A stretch of 64,000 bases of DNA from Opitutaceae bacterium (GCA_043745015.1 JAYTUA010000096.1:3304-67303); one strand, 5' to 3'; positions 18,663 through 28,443 are shown, counted from the first letter of the stretch. Made by a program: numbers and translations. The notes: generated from the letters alone by a model not told the origin.

Positions 18663-20185
18663 GGCAGAGTGGTTGCCCACGCGGTGACCAGCGGGTTGAT
18701 AAGGCCGGCGAGCAACTGCGGGCAAAGGCCGAGGAGAAACATGAGGGCGATGAGCGGCAGCAGGGTGGCGAGTTCAACCGTGTCGAGGTCGCGAAAATTC
18801 AGGCCCGCCCCGGTGGCGGGGCCATGGAAGGCCCGTTGCCAGAACGTCAGCAGGAAAATCGCGGTGGCCAGCAAGCCGAGCGTCGCGACGGTTGCGGCCC
18901 ACGGCGCGAGGCCGAAGACCCCGCGGAAGATCAGGAACTCGCCGACAAAGCCGTTCAGGCCGGGCAGGCCGAGCGAGGAGAACATCGCGATGCCGCAGAG
19001 CCCCGCGAAGACGGGGGCCGCGGTGCGCACCCCGCCGAAATCATGCAGGCCGCGCAAGCCGCCGGAACGTGACTCGAGGACGCCGACGCAGAAGAAGAGC
19101 GCGGCAGCGGACAGGCCGTGGTTGAAAAGCTGGAGAATGGTGCCGCTGAGGGCCGCAGTGCTGGCTGCCGGGTTGGTCGGTCCGGCGGCGGCGACGGCGA
19201 AGAGGGCAAGCAGACAGTAGCTGAGGTGGTTGACCGACGAGTACGCGACCATGCGCTTGAGGTCGGTCTGCTTCATGGCGGCAAAGGCGCCGAGCACCAC
19301 GCCGCCAAGGGCGAGCCAGAGGAGCGGGCCGGCCGCGGCGTGCAGCGGCGCCGGGAACAGCGGCCAGAGGATGCGGAGGAAACCGTAGACGCCCATCTTG
19401 GACATCACGCCGGTGAGGAACATCGAGGTGCCGGTCGGGGCCTCGGCGTAGGCCGGCGGCAACCAGGCGTGGAAGGGATACAGCGGCACCTTCACCGCGA
19501 GGCCGAGGAGGACACCGAGAAAAACCGCCTGCGGCCAGATGCCACCGACGGCACCGAGCTTCGCGCCGAGCGTGCCGGCGCGGGCGAGCGCGGCGAGCTC
19601 GACGAAGTCGAAGGTTCCCGCCGCGGCGTAGAGGGCGGCGAAGCCCAGCAGCATGAAGGCGCTGCCGCCGATGGTATAGATCACGAACTGGTAGGCCGCG
19701 CGGGCGGCGTGCGGGCCGCCCCACAGCTTGATGAGGAAAAAGGCCGGCACGAGGCTCAGTTCCCAGAAGACAAACCACGGGAAGAAATCCAGCGCGAGGA
19801 AGACACCGAGCGCGCTGCCCTGGAGCAGGAGGAAGAGCGCGCCGTGGATGGCCGGGCAGCGCACCTGCCGGGTCGGGCCGAAGAGCGCGAGGGGGGAGAT
19901 GATCCCGGTGAGCAGCACGAGCACGAGGCTGAGTCCGTCGAGCCCGAGGTGATAGTGGACGTTCAGCGCCGCAATCCACGCATGCTTCTCGCCCAATTGC
20001 ATGCCCGTGACCGCGAGATCAAACCGGCCGAGCACCAGACCGCCGAGGATCAGCGTGGAGAGGCTGAACAGGATCGGGAGGGCGCGGCCCCAGCCGGGGG
20101 AGAGTTGCCGGCGCAGGACAAAGACCAGCAGCGCACCGGCCCACGGAGTAAAGATCAGGAGGGACAGGAGGGGCCAGGCATTCAT
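18659..20185 (-). CDS. nuoM: NADH-quinone oxidoreductase subunit M, first copy
   Basis: YHLGLDGLS, FVFWEL, AVKVPLYPFHAWLP.AY.EAP, KMGVYG, KRMVAYSSVNH, SLGLPGLNGFVGEF. Confidence 0.93.
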   Translation of the reverse strand: MNAWPLLSLLIFTPWAGALLVFVLRRQLSPGWGRALPILFSLSTLILGGLVLGRFDLAVTGMQLGEKHAWIAALNVHYHLGLDGLSLVLVLLTGIISPLALFGPTRQVRCPAIHGALFLLLQGSALGVFLALDFFPWFVFWELSLVPAFFLIKLWGGPHAARAAYQFVIYTIGGSAFMLLGFAALYAAAGTFDFVELAALARAGTLGAKLGAVGGIWPQAVFLGVLLGLAVKVPLYPFHAWLPPAYAEAPTGTSMFLTGVMSKMGVYGFLRILWPLFPAPLHAAAGPLLWLALGGVVLGAFAAMKQTDLKRMVAYSSVNHLSYCLLALFAVAAAGPTNPAASTAALSGTILQLFNHGLSAAALFFCVGVLESRSGGLRGLHDFGGVRTAAPVFAGLCGIAMFSSLGLPGLNGFVGEFLIFRGVFGLAPWAATVATLGLLATAIFLLTFWQRAFHGPATGAGLNFRDLDTVELATLLPLIALMFLLGLCPQLLAGLINPLVTAWATTLP

Positions 20186-22206
20186 CGGGCACCCCCCAGA
20201 ATCACCAGGACCAGCAACAGCACGAAGCCGAGGGCGAGCGTGCGCAGGTAGCCATGGGTGTCGCCGGTCTGCGCCTTGGAGTAGGCCACGCCGGCGCCGC
20301 GGAGTTTCCGGCTGGTGGCGTCGAAGCCGCCGTTGAAGGTCTCCTCATCGTTCTCGCGGCTGACCAGGCCGGCGAACTCGCCCAGTCGTGCCAGCAAGCG
20401 GACGGCGCCGTCCCAGGCGAAGATTTCAAGGAAGGCGGAGAACGTCGCGCAACCGGAATTCAGACGGCCGACGGTGGCGGCGTAGAGTTCATCGAAGCCG
20501 AGACGATTCGCCAGCGCGGCGATCAACCCCGGCGCACGGGTGGCGAGGGGATCGGGTGAGGTCTCGCTCACGCGCGAGCGACGGCCGTAGAGCGCCCAGC
20601 CGGCGCCGAGGCCCAGGGCGACCAGCACGATCGAGAGTAGCATAAGCCCTCCGCTTTCGAACAGGGAGTGACCGTGAACTTCCGCCTCGCCAAGAAGTTT
20701 TGCCTGGAGCCAAGGGTAGGCCGGCGTGCCGAGGAAACCAAGGGCGACCGCACCAACGGCGAGGAGGACGAGCGGCATCGTCATGGCCGGGCCATTCTCG
20801 TGCACATGGCCGGCCTCCGCAGACCGCGGGGTGCCGAAGAAAACCTCGGCGACGAGGCGCGTCATGTAGAAAGCCGTGAGCACGACGCCGGCGAGACCGG
20901 CATAAAGCGGCAGGTGCGAAACCTCCCAGGCGTGCGCGGCGTGGAGGATCGCCTCCTTGGACCAGAAGCCGGAGAAGAGGAACGGCACGCCGGAGAGCGC
21001 CATCATGCCGACGGCGAAAGTGGCGAACGTCATCTTCATCGGCCCGCGCAGGCCGCCGAGCCGGCGGATGTCCTGCTCGTGGTGTGCGGCGTGGATGACG
21101 GAGCCGGCACCGAGGAAGAGCAGGGCCTTGAAGAAAGCGTGGGTCAGCAGATGGAAGATGGCGGCGACCCACGAGCCAACGCCGAGGGCCAGCATCATGT
21201 AGCCGAGCTGCGAAACGGTGGAAAAGGCGAGGACACGCTTGAGGTCGTTTTGCGCGACGGCGATCAGTGCGCCCATCAGTGCCGTGATGGCACCGATGAA
21301 GGCGACGACGGTCAGGGCGTGGACCGGCACGCCGGCCAGCACCTGGTCGGCGGCCATGAGCGGGTAGACGCGAGCGATAAGGAAGACGCCGGCGGCGACC
21401 ATCGTGGCCGCGTGGATGAGCGCGGAGACGGGCGTCGGGCCCTCCATCGCGTCGGGCAGCCAGACGTGCAGCGGGAATTGCCCGGACTTGCCGACGGCGC
21501 CGCAGAAGAGGAGCAGGCCGATGGCCGTCGAGGTAGCGAGGCCGCAGGGCAGGAGCACGGCGAGATGGGCCAGCGCAGCAGATTCGAGCAGGCCGGCGCC
21601 GCCGTCGTAGAACAGGAGAGTCCCCTGCGCATCCTGCAGCCAGAGCAGGCCGAGGAGGAAGCCGAGGTCGCCGATGCGGGTCGTAATGAAGGCCTTCTTG
21701 GCCGCGGCCGCGGCGGACGGTTTGTGGAACCAGAAGCCGATGAGCAGATACGACGCGAGGCCGACGAGTTCCCAGCAGACGAAGAGCAGCAGGAGACTGT
21801 TGGCGACGAGCAGGCCGAGCATCGCGGCGGCGAAGAAACTGAGGAAGCAGAAGAACTGCTTGTAGTTGGCGTCGGCCTTCATGTAGCCCGTGCTGAAGAT
21901 GAAGATCAACAGGCTGACGAAGGTGACCATCACGGCCATGAAGGCGGTCAGCGGATCAAGCAGCAGGCCGAGGCGGATCGCGCCATGACCGAGATCGAAC
22001 CACGCGAAGTTGCTGACCTGATGTGCGGCGGGATCGGCCAGCGCGCCGGTGAGGGCGAGGCAGGACAAGAGGGAAGCCCCGGCCATGGCTCCGATGGCCG
22101 TGCCGGCGGCAAGCGCCCGGCCGGTCCGCGGGGTCAGTGCCCCGATGGCCGCCGCGGCGAGCGGCAGCGCGGGGATGAGCCAGAGGTGCTGGACGGGAAG
22201 GGTCAT
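20182..22206 (-). CDS. nuoL: NADH-quinone oxidoreductase subunit L (674 aa, extended lateral helix)
   Basis: Start MTLPVQHLWLIP; WELVGLASYLLIGFW, KAFITTRIGD, GKSGQFPLHVWLPDAMEGPTPVSALIHAATMV, HLLTHAFFKALLFL. Confidence 0.94.
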   Translation of the reverse strand: MTLPVQHLWLIPALPLAAAAIGALTPRTGRALAAGTAIGAMAGASLLSCLALTGALADPAAHQVSNFAWFDLGHGAIRLGLLLDPLTAFMAVMVTFVSLLIFIFSTGYMKADANYKQFFCFLSFFAAAMLGLLVANSLLLLFVCWELVGLASYLLIGFWFHKPSAAAAAKKAFITTRIGDLGFLLGLLWLQDAQGTLLFYDGGAGLLESAALAHLAVLLPCGLATSTAIGLLLFCGAVGKSGQFPLHVWLPDAMEGPTPVSALIHAATMVAAGVFLIARVYPLMAADQVLAGVPVHALTVVAFIGAITALMGALIAVAQNDLKRVLAFSTVSQLGYMMLALGVGSWVAAIFHLLTHAFFKALLFLGAGSVIHAAHHEQDIRRLGGLRGPMKMTFATFAVGMMALSGVPFLFSGFWSKEAILHAAHAWEVSHLPLYAGLAGVVLTAFYMTRLVAEVFFGTPRSAEAGHVHENGPAMTMPLVLLAVGAVALGFLGTPAYPWLQAKLLGEAEVHGHSLFESGGLMLLSIVLVALGLGAGWALYGRRSRVSETSPDPLATRAPGLIAALANRLGFDELYAATVGRLNSGCATFSAFLEIFAWDGAVRLLARLGEFAGLVSRENDEETFNGGFDATSRKLRGAGVAYSKAQTGDTHGYLRTLALGFVLLLVLVILGGAR

Positions 22207-22215
22207 GAGGGATTC

Positions 22216-22445
22216 TCCGCGGAAGACGCGGATTGACGCGGATAAATACTCCAAGACATCAACCTGCCTGTCATGCTGAGCGCAGCGAAGAATCCAGAAG
22301 TATTGCGCAGATCTCGCGGGGTGAGGGCACCCCGCCCACAAAGACTGGATGAGGATGTCGCTGCACTCGGAACTTCGCTGCGCTCAGCATGACAGCTTTC
22401 GGTGATATTGATTATATCTGTGTTCATCCGTGTGATCCGTGGTTG
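22216..22445. repeat. nested composite of three palindromic repeat families between nuoK and nuoL
   Basis: Outer cgcggat/atccgtg arms; 23-bp perfect inverted repeat 22268-22290/22373-22395; inner 26-bp REP 22315-22340. Confidence 0.8.
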
Positions 22446-22446
22446 T

Positions 22447-22758
22447 TCACCCTTTGAGGGTGTTAGCCTCCTGGAGGCGGACGGTCTTGCGATGGCGGTG
22501 GATCGCGATGACGAGGGCGAGACCGACGGCGGCCTCGGCGGCCGCGACCGCAATAGTGAAGAGAACAAAGAGGACGCCGGTGCCCGTGGCCGGATGCGGG
22601 CCATAGCGCCAGAAGGCGATGAAGTTCAGGTTTGCCGCATTGAGCATCAGCTCGATGCCGAGCAGCACGAGGATGGTGTTGCTCCGGGCCAGGGCCCCGA
22701 CGAGCCCGAGACAGAAGAGCAGGCTGGAGAGCAGGAGACAGAGCTGCAGCGGGCTCAT
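22447..22758 (-). CDS. nuoK: NADH-quinone oxidoreductase subunit K
   Basis: LFCLGL.G...R.N...[24 protein letters not shown], ends LKG. Confidence 0.94.
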   Translation of the reverse strand: MSPLQLCLLLSSLLFCLGLVGALARSNTILVLLGIELMLNAANLNFIAFWRYGPHPATGTGVLFVLFTIAVAAAEAAVGLALVIAIHRHRKTVRLQEANTLKG

Positions 22759-23261
22759 GGCGTGTCCTCCGGCTGGTCAACCGCGGCGATGACGATGGCG
22801 CCCAGCAAGGCGACGGTGAGCAGCACCCCGACGATGAGCAGGGCCGGGGCATAGGGCCCCATCAACAACACGCCGAGCTGCTTCACGCTGAGGCTGGCGG
22901 GAGGCGAAGGCAGGCGCACGTCGAGCGGGCTGCCAAAAATGGCGCCGAGAAGAGTGCCGGCTACGCCGCCGGCCACCACCAGGCCGAGGACGGCGCGCCG
23001 CCAGGAATCAAATTCAACCGGCGCGCTGGTGGCACCCTGACGGGTCAGGAGCACGGCGAAGAGGACAACCATCGAGACCGCGCCGACGTAGATGAGCACC
23101 TGGGCAAAGGCGATGAACTCAGCGCCAGCCCAAAGGTAGAAGGCGGCAATGCCGGCCCAGCTGCCCACGAGCAGGAGGGCACTGTGGATGAGGTTGCGCG
23201 ACAGCATCGCCGCCGCGGCGGCGCCGAGGATAAGGAGGGCGATGAGGATGAGCGGGATCAT
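22755..23261 (-). CDS. nuoJ: NADH-quinone oxidoreductase subunit J
   Basis: [47 protein letters not shown]; start MIPLIL. Confidence 0.92.
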   Translation of the reverse strand: MIPLILIALLILGAAAAAMLSRNLIHSALLLVGSWAGIAAFYLWAGAEFIAFAQVLIYVGAVSMVVLFAVLLTRQGATSAPVEFDSWRRAVLGLVVAGGVAGTLLGAIFGSPLDVRLPSPPASLSVKQLGVLLMGPYAPALLIVGVLLTVALLGAIVIAAVDQPEDTP

Positions 23262-24595
23262 CAGGACGGGGCGTAGCCGTAGGTGCGCGGGGCCTGGCCG
23301 GTGGTGAGCCGGCGGCCGAGCAGCATGAAGGGCCCGGCGATAATGAGGGCGGAGATGGCCCACCGGGCGAGGCCCAGGGGCCCGGTCCAGTCCGGCGTGA
23401 GGGCCCAGAAGGCGGCGTTGCCGAGGTTGAGCAGCGCGAGCGGGACGAGAAATTTCCACGACAGGCGGGTGAGCTGGTCGATGCGCAGGCGGAGCAGCGT
23501 GCCGCGGACCCAGATGAAGAACACGATCATCGCGGCGAGCTTGCCCATGAACCAGAGCCACGAAGGAATGAACTCAAGGAAGGCGCAGGGCGCCTGCCAG
23601 CCACCGAGGAAGAGGGTGACGCCGAGGCCGCTGAGCGCGGTGAGGCCGAAATACTCGGCCATGAAGAAAAGCGCGTACTTGAAGCCCGAGTATTCGGTGA
23701 GGTGGCCGGCGATGAGTTCGCTTTCGGCCTCGGGCAGATCGAAGGGCGAGCGGTTGCTTTCGGCGAGGGCGGCGACGAGGAAAATCAAAAAGGCCGCCAG
23801 ACCCCACGGGGTGAAGACATACCAGTGCGGCACGAGGCCGAAGGTCCAGCCGCCCTGGGCGAGCACGATATCTTGGGTGGAGAGGGTGCTGGCGACCAGC
23901 ACGACCGGCACGACCGAGAGCAGGAGCGGCAGCTCATAGCTGATGAGCTGGGCGAGCGCGCGCATGGCGGCGAGGAGGGAATATTTGTTCCGGCTGGCCC
24001 AGCCGGCCATGAAGATGGCCAGCTCGGTGGCGGCGCCGGCGGCAAAGAAGTAGAGCAGTGCGGCGTCGAGTTCGACCGGGATGAGGTGGCGGCCGAAGGG
24101 CAGGACCGCGAAACCCAGCAGCGAGAAGGCGACGATGACGACCGGGGCGAGGAAGTGCAGGACCTTGTCGGCCGCGGCGGGAACGATGTCCTCCTTGGTG
24201 AGGGTCTTGACCGCGTCGGCGAAGGGCTGGGTGAGGCCCCAGAGTTTCAGGCGGCGGAAAAAAGGCAGGCCGCTGCGGTTGGGGCCGAGGCGATTCTGGA
24301 GGCGGGCGAGGAGCTTGCGCTCGGCGATGGTGGTGAAGGCGAAGAACGTGCCGAAGACCGTCAGGATGACCGTGATCGAGATCAGGTGGTGGACGAACCA
24401 CTGGAGTGCGGTCGGGAACAGCTGTACGATCGCGTCACGCAGGAGCAACGGCGCGCTTTCAAGGAAAGAGGAAGATGGGCCGCTCTGGTTGGCAGTGTAG
24501 GAGCCTGCTTGCAGGCGATTCACCAATTCATCGGCCGGTGGAAGTTTAAGATCGCCTGCAAGCAGGCTGCTACAAAACGAGAGGACCGGATTCAT
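23261..24595 (-). CDS. nuoH: NADH-quinone oxidoreductase subunit H (N-terminally extended)
   Basis: ERKLLARLQNRLGPNR, QPFADAVK...KED, SRNKYSLL, ISYE, AESNRSPFDLPEAESEL..G..TEYSG. Confidence 0.93.
   Translation of the reverse strand: MNPVLSFCSSLLAGDLKLPPADELVNRLQAGSYTANQSGPSSSFLESAPLLLRDAIVQLFPTALQWFVHHLISITVILTVFGTFFAFTTIAERKLLARLQNRLGPNRSGLPFFRRLKLWGLTQPFADAVKTLTKEDIVPAAADKVLHFLAPVVIVAFSLLGFAVLPFGRHLIPVELDAALLYFFAAGAATELAIFMAGWASRNKYSLLAAMRALAQLISYELPLLLSVVPVVLVASTLSTQDIVLAQGGWTFGLVPHWYVFTPWGLAAFLIFLVAALAESNRSPFDLPEAESELIAGHLTEYSGFKYALFFMAEYFGLTALSGLGVTLFLGGWQAPCAFLEFIPSWLWFMGKLAAMIVFFIWVRGTLLRLRIDQLTRLSWKFLVPLALLNLGNAAFWALTPDWTGPLGLARWAISALIIAGPFMLLGRRLTTGQAPRTYGYAPS
24496..24574. repeat. 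GTAG-type REP doublet inside the nuoH 5' region
   Basis: tgtaggagcctgcttgcaggcgat (24496-24519) / atcgcctgcaagcaggctgctaca (24551-24574), one mismatch. Confidence 0.85.
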
Positions 24596-25203
24596 GGCGT
24601 GGGTGCGCTCCCCGTTGCGGGTTTGGCCGCAGGTGCCGCGGCTTTGGCGGCGGCCGCCGCCCTGGCTTTCTCCTCGGCGGCCTTGCGCTCGGCGGCGAGG
24701 CGGCCGTCCACCTCGGCGGCCTCGACCGGGTGGATCTGGTGGTAGTAGCTGTTGGGCTTGGCGAGTTGCGCGCGGTGCAGCAGGAGATCGTCAAAGCGGT
24801 CGGTCACGGCAATCTCGAAGACCTTGTCCATCTTGATCGCGTCGAAGGGACAGACCTCGACGCAGATCTGGCAACTCATGCAGACGGAGGTGTCGATGCC
24901 GAAGACGGCCGGGTAGAGCTGCATCTTGCCCGTGGCGTCGGGCTTCTTGTCCTTGCTTTTCTCAATGATGATGCACTGCGGCGGGCACTCCTTCTCGCAG
25001 ATCTGGCAGGCGACACAGCGCAGCGTGCCCATCGGGTCGGTGGCGTTTTCGCTGATGAGGAAGGGAAAATTGCGGTAGTTCTCCGGCAGGACCGTCGGCT
25101 GCTCGGGATACTCGACCGTGACCATCCGTTTGGGATCATAATAGCTTCCCACGAAATTCTTCGCGGTGACGGCGAGACCTTTGATGATGCCGGAGCCGAG
25201 CAT
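24592..25203 (-). CDS. nuoI: NADH-quinone oxidoreductase subunit I (2x[4Fe-4S])
   Basis: VTVEYPE, CVACQICEKECP and CMSCQICVEVCPFDAI; Ala-rich tail. Confidence 0.92.
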   Translation of the reverse strand: MLGSGIIKGLAVTAKNFVGSYYDPKRMVTVEYPEQPTVLPENYRNFPFLISENATDPMGTLRCVACQICEKECPPQCIIIEKSKDKKPDATGKMQLYPAVFGIDTSVCMSCQICVEVCPFDAIKMDKVFEIAVTDRFDDLLLHRAQLAKPNSYYHQIHPVEAAEVDGRLAAERKAAEEKARAAAAAKAAAPAAKPATGSAPTP

Positions 25204-25255
25204 GGGGGAAGTGAAAGTGAGAGTGAGAGGGAAAGCGGCCGGAACGCAGTCAGTC

Positions 25256-25339
25256 TGTCATTCTGAGCGGAGCGAAGAATCCAGAATGATGGACGCATGC
25301 GATCGTGCTGCTGGATTCTTCGCTCCGCTCAGAATGACA
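25256..25339. repeat. TGTC/CGTC-type palindromic repeat (29-bp perfect inverted repeat)
   Basis: tgtcattctgagcggagcgaagaatccag ... ctggattcttcgctccgctcagaatgaca between nuoD and nuoI; relatives at 22268, 32945 and 53463. Confidence 0.85.
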
Positions 25340-25374
25340 TGGGAGAGGAAATAGAAATGGGGTGCTCATGTGAT

Positions 25375-26547
25375 TCAGCGGTCGACCTCCCCGAGGACGA
25401 TGTCGATGGAGCCGAGGATGACGACGGAGTCGGCGATGGTGTGCCCGAGGCACATTTCCTCGAGCAGCGTGAGGTTGATGAGGGAGGGCGGGCGGACGCG
25501 GTAGCGGTAGGGATTGGGGCTGCCGTCGCTGATGAGGTAGAAACCGAGCTCGCCCTTCGGGCCCTCGATGCGGCCGTAGGCTTCGCCGGGCTTGGGGCGG
25601 AAGCTGCGGAGCTTGGCCTTCGGGTCCATGATGGGGCCGGCGGGGAGATCCTTGAAGGCCTGCGCGAGGATCTTCACCGACTCGCGCATTTCGAGGATGC
25701 GCATCATGTAGCGGTCATAGGTGTCGCCGTGCGCGCCGAGCGGCACGCGGAAATCGAAGCGCGGGTAGAAGCCGTAGCCGTCCACCTTGCGGATGTCGTA
25801 GTCGACGCCGCAGGCGCGAAGCACGGGGCCGGTGATACCGGCGTTGACGGCGTGCGCCGGATCGAGCCGGCCGACGCCCTGGGTGCGGGCGAGCATGATC
25901 TCGTTGCCCGTGAGCATCGTCTCATACTCATCCAGGAAGCGTGGGAAGTTTTCGGCGAGGGTCCGGGCGGTCGCGAGCCACTCGGGCGAGGGATCGACGC
26001 GGCAGCCGCCGAAGCGCTGGTAGTTGCACATCATGCGCGAGCCGCTGAGCGACTCGAACAGGTCGAGGATTTTCTCCCGCTCACGGAAGGCGTAGAGGAG
26101 CGGCGTGAAGGAGGTGCCGAGGTCGTTGAAGAGGAAGCCGACGAGGCAGCTGTGGTTCATCAGGCGGGTGAGCTCGGCCATGATGATGCGCAGGTACTGG
26201 GCGCGGTCGGGGACGGGCTGGCCGGCGAGTTTTTCCACGGCGAGCGCGTAGGCCCAGTTGGTGGACATCGAGCAGAGGTAGTCGAGCCGGTCGGTGTAGG
26301 GCATCGAGCCGAGGTAACTGGTGTTCTCGGCGATCTTCTCGTGATTGCGGTGCAGGTAACCGAAGACGGGCTTGAGCTTGACGATCTGCTCGCCGTCGAG
26401 CGTGGCCACCATGCGGAAAACGCCGTGGGTGGACGGGTGCTGCGGCCCCATCGAGACCTCGAGCAGATCGCCGTGGAACTGGTCGTGCACGGCGCGGACC
26501 GTCGGGCCGGGCAGGGAAGTGAAGGAGGAGAGATCGGAGACGCTCAT
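25375..26547 (-). CDS. nuoD: NADH-quinone oxidoreductase subunit D
   Basis: MGPQHPSTHGVFR, GYLHRNHEK, DRLDY, EGPKGELG, ends DIVLGEVDR; no NiFe CxxC motifs. Confidence 0.94.
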   Translation of the reverse strand: MSVSDLSSFTSLPGPTVRAVHDQFHGDLLEVSMGPQHPSTHGVFRMVATLDGEQIVKLKPVFGYLHRNHEKIAENTSYLGSMPYTDRLDYLCSMSTNWAYALAVEKLAGQPVPDRAQYLRIIMAELTRLMNHSCLVGFLFNDLGTSFTPLLYAFREREKILDLFESLSGSRMMCNYQRFGGCRVDPSPEWLATARTLAENFPRFLDEYETMLTGNEIMLARTQGVGRLDPAHAVNAGITGPVLRACGVDYDIRKVDGYGFYPRFDFRVPLGAHGDTYDRYMMRILEMRESVKILAQAFKDLPAGPIMDPKAKLRSFRPKPGEAYGRIEGPKGELGFYLISDGSPNPYRYRVRPPSLINLTLLEEMCLGHTIADSVVILGSIDIVLGEVDR

Positions 26548-27203
26548 GGCTTGGCCTCCGGGGTTGGTGCTGTTGGCGAGGCAGCATGAGCTTTGTTCTT
26601 CTCAAGAACCGCGCCGTGGGCGGTGGGCTCCCACTCGTAGTCGTCGGGCTCCACGTAGTCCTTGCGCATCGGGTGGTCCTTGAACTCGTCCCACATGAGG
26701 ATGCGCCTCAGGTCGGGGTGGCGTTCGAAGATGATGCCGTAGAGGTCGAAGATTTCGCGTTCCTGAAAATCGCACGAGCGCCAGACCGGGGTGAGCGAGG
26801 GCAGCGTGACCTGATCGGTGCGGTTGAGGGTGCGCAGGCGGAGGATGACCGGCCCGTGCTTCAGCGCCATGGAGTAAAGATGATAGACGGCCTCAAGACA
26901 GCCGGGCTGCTGGCGGGTGGTTTTTTGCTCCACCACCTTGTCCGGCCCGCCGGCGGGATCGGGCGCGGTGGTCTTGGTGACATCGGTGATCTCCTTGTCC
27001 GGCCAGTCGATGCCGGTGGCGTTGGAGCAATAGTCGAGGCGCAGCACGGGATCATCGCGCAGGAACAAGGCGAGATCGTGGGCGTGCGCGGCGTCGAGGA
27101 GCAGCGAGTGTTCGGCGGCCGGGCCGGGATTCGGCACGAGCGTGACGTGCGCCATGGGGAAGCGGGCGAGGAGGCGGTCGCGAATTTGCTCGACGGTTTC
27201 CAT
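26544..27203 (-). CDS. nuoC: NADH-quinone oxidoreductase subunit C
   Basis: PSLTPVW...DFQEREIFDLYGI.F..HPDLRRILM...F..HPMRKDY. Confidence 0.93.
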   Translation of the reverse strand: METVEQIRDRLLARFPMAHVTLVPNPGPAAEHSLLLDAAHAHDLALFLRDDPVLRLDYCSNATGIDWPDKEITDVTKTTAPDPAGGPDKVVEQKTTRQQPGCLEAVYHLYSMALKHGPVILRLRTLNRTDQVTLPSLTPVWRSCDFQEREIFDLYGIIFERHPDLRRILMWDEFKDHPMRKDYVEPDDYEWEPTAHGAVLEKNKAHAASPTAPTPEAKP

Positions 27204-27204
27204 G

Positions 27205-27855
27205 TCAGGCGGAGGGTGGCGACCAGACGGCCGGGTTCTGGGGCGGCACGAGGTCGTGCGCGCCGTATTCGGGCACGGGAAACTCGCTGGGTTCCTCGGG
27301 GCGGGTGTGGCGGGCGGCGGCGGGGCCGGTGAGTTTCTCGCCCCTGATTTTCGCCTGGAGCTGGATCAGGCCGTGCAGCAGCGCCTCGGGGCGCGGCGGG
27401 CAACCGGGGATGTAGATGTCGACGGGGATGAAGCGGTCGATGCCCTTGAGGACGTTGTAGCCCTGCTTGAAGGGGCCGCCGGAGATGGCACAGGCGCCCA
27501 TGGCGATGCAGTATTTCGGCTCGGGCATCTGGTTCCAGAGGCGGACGACCTGCGGGGCCATCTTCTTGGTGACGGTGCCCGAGACGATCATGAGATCGGC
27601 CTGGCGGGGCGACGGGCGGAAAATCTCGGCGCCGAAGCGCGCGATGTCGAAGCGGGCCGTGGCGGCAGCGATCATCTCGATGGCGCAGCAGGCGAGACCG
27701 AACTGGAGCGGCCAGATGGAGTTGCTGCGGCCCCAGTTGTAGAGCTCCTCGAGGCTGGTGAGCAGAATGCCGTGGCGGCGCAGCTCCTCGCGTTCCGCAT
27801 CCGAGATGTTGCCGGCAGCAGGGAAGGGAGTAGGAATTGCCGGAGTGTTGTTCAT
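27205..27855 (-). CDS. nuoB: NADH-quinone oxidoreductase subunit B
   Basis: [57 protein letters not shown]. Confidence 0.95.
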   Translation of the reverse strand: MNNTPAIPTPFPAAGNISDAEREELRRHGILLTSLEELYNWGRSNSIWPLQFGLACCAIEMIAAATARFDIARFGAEIFRPSPRQADLMIVSGTVTKKMAPQVVRLWNQMPEPKYCIAMGACAISGGPFKQGYNVLKGIDRFIPVDIYIPGCPPRPEALLHGLIQLQAKIRGEKLTGPAAARHTRPEEPSEFPVPEYGAHDLVPPQNPAVWSPPSA

Positions 27856-27856
27856 G

Positions 27857-28228
27857 TCATTTCCATTCGAGGTGGCCGCGCTGCCAGGCCCAGACGAGGC
27901 CTTCGGCCAGCAGGAGGATGAAGGCCAGCATGGCGAGCAGTGCGCCCGTGGGCAGGCTGGTGAACGTGACGGCGAAAGGCAGGAGGAACAGCACCTCGAC
28001 GTCGAAGATCAGAAAGAGAATGGCGTAGAGATAATAGTGGGCCTTGAACTGGATCCAGGAGTCGCCACTCGGGGGCAGGCCGCATTCATAGGTGGCGTTT
28101 TTGCCCGCGCCGGGCTTGGCCGGTTGGAAAAATCTCGCCCACAGCCCGGCGACTGCCAGCAGGAGCAGGGGGAAGGCGAGGGCGACGCCGAGGAAGAGGA
28201 TCAGAAAAGCGTGGGGGTGTTCACTCAT
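27857..28228 (-). CDS. nuoA: NADH-quinone oxidoreductase subunit A
   Basis: [33 protein letters not shown]; start MSEHPH. Confidence 0.93.
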   Translation of the reverse strand: MSEHPHAFLILFLGVALAFPLLLLAVAGLWARFFQPAKPGAGKNATYECGLPPSGDSWIQFKAHYYLYAILFLIFDVEVLFLLPFAVTFTSLPTGALLAMLAFILLLAEGLVWAWQRGHLEWK

Positions 28229-28443
28229 GCTTCCAGTGGGATTACACAGGGTCGGAACATTGCGCAAGGGTCTCAACGACGAACCTGCCCTGTCCGTTGT
28301 CAGAAGCTACTCATCTTTTGCGCTCCACCGGCAATAATTCGTTTTCATTTTCCGGATCGGTCCGCTATTCCCCCACAGGGTCGTTGGCCGCGGAGACCGG
28401 CGGGCGGGGTAGAGTCTGCCCCGGGAACCAGGCGGCAAGCGAC

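Noticed and set aside
22203-22341. 45-aa N-terminal extension of NuoL from the ORF track
   Set aside because: It is translated repeat sequence with a GTG start and no coupling to the nuoK stop; the ATG at 22206 gives a normal NuoL start. ORF-track extensions on rmuC, LOG, moxR, nuoJ and the MOT1 gene were trimmed to the first ATG giving a family-typical N-terminus.
25375-27855. Group 4 [NiFe]-hydrogenase or Mrp-type complex
   Set aside because: The large subunit lacks both CxxC NiFe motifs, NuoB has the tandem CC of complex I, and NuoA/J/K are present.
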